Assembly: GCA_046581755.1 (NCBI GenBank)
Contig: JAYGFR010000127.1
Location: 1-36,164, forward strand
DNA: 36,164 bases
Origin: Nitrospinota bacterium
GTDB taxonomy: Bacteria; UBA8248
Direction: 5' to 3'
A program made the translations under genes and the position numbers. How positions within the stretch are numbered: the first letter of the stretch is position 1; each line of letters starts with the position of its first letter. Of this stretch, positions 34,182 through 36,164 are shown piece after piece. The notes below the pieces were generated by a model, which saw only the letters and a list, made by a program, of their open reading frames with translations, searched no databases and was not told the DNA's origin.

Positions 34182-35414
34182 TCAGCCCTGCGGGGCGACC
34201 CGGCGGGTGGCCGCGATGCCGGTGGCGATCGACAGGAGGTTCATCGCCAACACCAGCACGAAGGCGTAGCGGTAGGTCCCCGTCATATCGAAGATGTACC
34301 CCGCCACCCACGGCCCCAGGCCCGAGGCCAGTCCGGCCCCCACCTGGCTGAACCCCAGGATGCGGCCGAAACTTTTCCCCGGAAAAATATCCGCCTTGAG
34401 CGAGATAAACGAAGTTCCGCGCGCGCCCGCCCCCACTCCGTAAAGGACGATAAATAAATAGGCGAGCGGCCAGCGGTCCGCCGTAACGAACATCAGGCAG
34501 GCCACGCCGGCGAGCCCGACCAGGCTGGAGACCACGAAGGTTCTCCGCCGCCCCAGGCGGTCGCCGATCCACCCTCCGCCGATGCCGCCGCTGGCCCGCA
34601 TGATCGCCAGAAAACCCAGCAGCCACGCCGCCATGATTTTCGTGAACCCCACGTCCACCATGTGCGCCACCTGATGGACGCCCACGATGCTGAACGAAGC
34701 CCCCTGGAATACGCCCGAGAAAAACATGAGCCAGAACGCACGGTCCCGGAGCGCCTGGGCAAGGGTCCAGTTTTCCACCTCCCCGGCGGGAAGCCCCGTT
34801 TCCGGCGGCTCAGGCCAGGGCCGGTGAAAAATCAGGTTGAGCGGAAGAAGGAGCACGATGACTGCGGCGGCGATGAACAGATAGGCCGAGCGCCAGCCGT
34901 ACCATCCGATCAAAAGCGCCGAGAGCGGCACGAGGATCAGGCTTCCGGCGCTCCTCCCCGAATGGACGATGCCCAGGGCGGTCGCGCGCCTTTTGACGAA
35001 CCACCGGCTGACAATGGTGCTCGTCGGAATCATGCCGATCAGGGTGACTCCGAGCGCGACGAACACCCCGTAATACAAATAGAGCGTAAACCGGCTCGTA
35101 ACAGCGGACATCAGGACCAGGCCCGCAGCCAGCACCACCACCCCCGTGGGGATGACGATTTTGGGGCCGAATCGGTCGATGAGGGCGCCGATGGGGCCGG
35201 CGGCCAGGGCGAACGTCACCATCGAGGTGGAAAAAGCCAGGGCCGTATCGGCCCGCGACCACCCGAACTCTTCGAGAAAGGTGACGTAGAAAACCGGAAA
35301 GGTGCTGACGATGGAGCCGCCGACGGCCATCGTGATGAACGTCAGGCCGACGATGACCCATCCATAGTAACGCGGACTGGTCTCGGAGGGCGGGTCCGGG
35401 AGACGTTTATTCAA
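34182..35414 (-). CDS. MFS transporter
   Basis: YYGWVIV, GALIDRFGPK, WFVKRRATALG and GWIGDRLGRR motifs, about 12 TM segments. Confidence 0.93.
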   Translation of the reverse strand: MNKRLPDPPSETSPRYYGWVIVGLTFITMAVGGSIVSTFPVFYVTFLEEFGWSRADTALAFSTSMVTFALAAGPIGALIDRFGPKIVIPTGVVVLAAGLVLMSAVTSRFTLYLYYGVFVALGVTLIGMIPTSTIVSRWFVKRRATALGIVHSGRSAGSLILVPLSALLIGWYGWRSAYLFIAAAVIVLLLPLNLIFHRPWPEPPETGLPAGEVENWTLAQALRDRAFWLMFFSGVFQGASFSIVGVHQVAHMVDVGFTKIMAAWLLGFLAIMRASGGIGGGWIGDRLGRRRTFVVSSLVGLAGVACLMFVTADRWPLAYLFIVLYGVGAGARGTSFISLKADIFPGKSFGRILGFSQVGAGLASGLGPWVAGYIFDMTGTYRYAFVLVLAMNLLSIATGIAATRRVAPQG

Positions 35415-35558
35415 CCGCCCCCTTGCCTCATGAGGCGCTGCCCCGCCGAATTCCAGCGGCGGGGGGCGGAGGGGACGGGAGCGCTTCGCCGAATCCCCCC
35501 CCCTCCGGAGCGGCGCGGCCGGCCGGCGGACAGGATGAATCGATTCGAACCGGCGGGT

Positions 35559-36164
35559 TCAAACCACCAGCGATATGGTGTTCACGACGAGAAACTTGGC
35601 GGCCAGGCGGCCCGTGTTTTCCAAATTGGTCCGTCCGGACGATTCGCTATGAAAAGAATCGCCTTCCTTGAGCCGGTAGGTCTGATCCCCCCGGGAAACG
35701 GTCAACTCTCCCTTGAGGCAATAAATCAGGTATTCGCCGCCGGCCTGGACCAGCGGGTTTTTGCTCCGGCTTCCCGGCTCCAGCGTGCGGTAGACGGATA
35801 CGAGCCGGCCCATGCTGAGCCGCTCGGCCACCGCTTCGGTCCGGCCCTCCTGGCTGCTCGAAAGAACGGATCGGTCTTTTTTGCGGATATGGCGAAAGGC
35901 CGGATACCCATCGTCTTCCTCCACGAAATGGCTCATGCGGCGCTCCAGGGCCGTCGCCAGCTTCACCAAGGTCGTGACGGTCGGGACCATTCCGTTGGTT
36001 TCAATCTTATAAATTCCGGCGGGAGAAACGCCCGAGAGATCGGAGAGCTTTTGAATCGAGTAGCCCCTCGTTTTCCGAAGGGTGCGGACCTTCTCGCCGA
36101 TCCGGACATCGGGAATTTTGATGTGATTCTTTTTGACGGGAAGCTTTCCTGATTTGCGTGGACG
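35559..36164 (-). CDS. XRE-family HTH plus cupin transcriptional regulator (5' end outside the window)
   Basis: The frame is open to the window edge: IGEKVRTLRKTRGYSIQKLSDLSGVSPAGIYKIE...PTVTTLVKLA, then a cupin (GEYLIYCLKG...LKEGDS). Confidence 0.88.
   Translation of the reverse strand, partial: RPRKSGKLPVKKNHIKIPDVRIGEKVRTLRKTRGYSIQKLSDLSGVSPAGIYKIETNGMVPTVTTLVKLATALERRMSHFVEEDDGYPAFRHIRKKDRSVLSSSQEGRTEAVAERLSMGRLVSVYRTLEPGSRSKNPLVQAGGEYLIYCLKGELTVSRGDQTYRLKEGDSFHSESSGRTNLENTGRLAAKFLVVNTISLVV

Overview
GC-rich bacterial chromosomal window, mostly core metabolic and housekeeping genes: ABC-2 transporter, proA, rimK-like, prpD-like, hemW, rqcH, yicC-gmk-coaBC-udg, rarA, ridA-purE-tsaC, ferredoxin, thrC-like, YihY and an MFS transporter. 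Small accessory pieces are interspersed. I saw no rRNA, tRNA, CRISPR array, transposase or integrase. Most notable: (1) an unexplained non-coding array at 18.2-18.6 kb built from a repeated AAAT(G/T)CGCCC 10-mer, with ~160-bp periodicity and nested inverted repeats, followed by a promoter and a CCGGA-rich leader; (2) a self-contained sigma54 regulatory unit (GAF-AAA+ activator, palindromic UAS, consensus IHF site, perfect -24/-12) driving an orphan 87-aa protein, a 45-aa membrane peptide missing from the ORF track, and a USP; (3) a stand-alone Na+-type motAB stator followed by two PilZ paralogs, one carrying compensating poly-G frameshifts around a TGA; (4) a PTPS-II plus sepiapterin-reductase-like operon suggesting tetrahydrobiopterin synthesis; (5) several decayed accessory genes, including a DUF2235/Tle1-like hydrolase and a cupin remnant. 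All family calls come from motifs recognised by eye; no searches were run.
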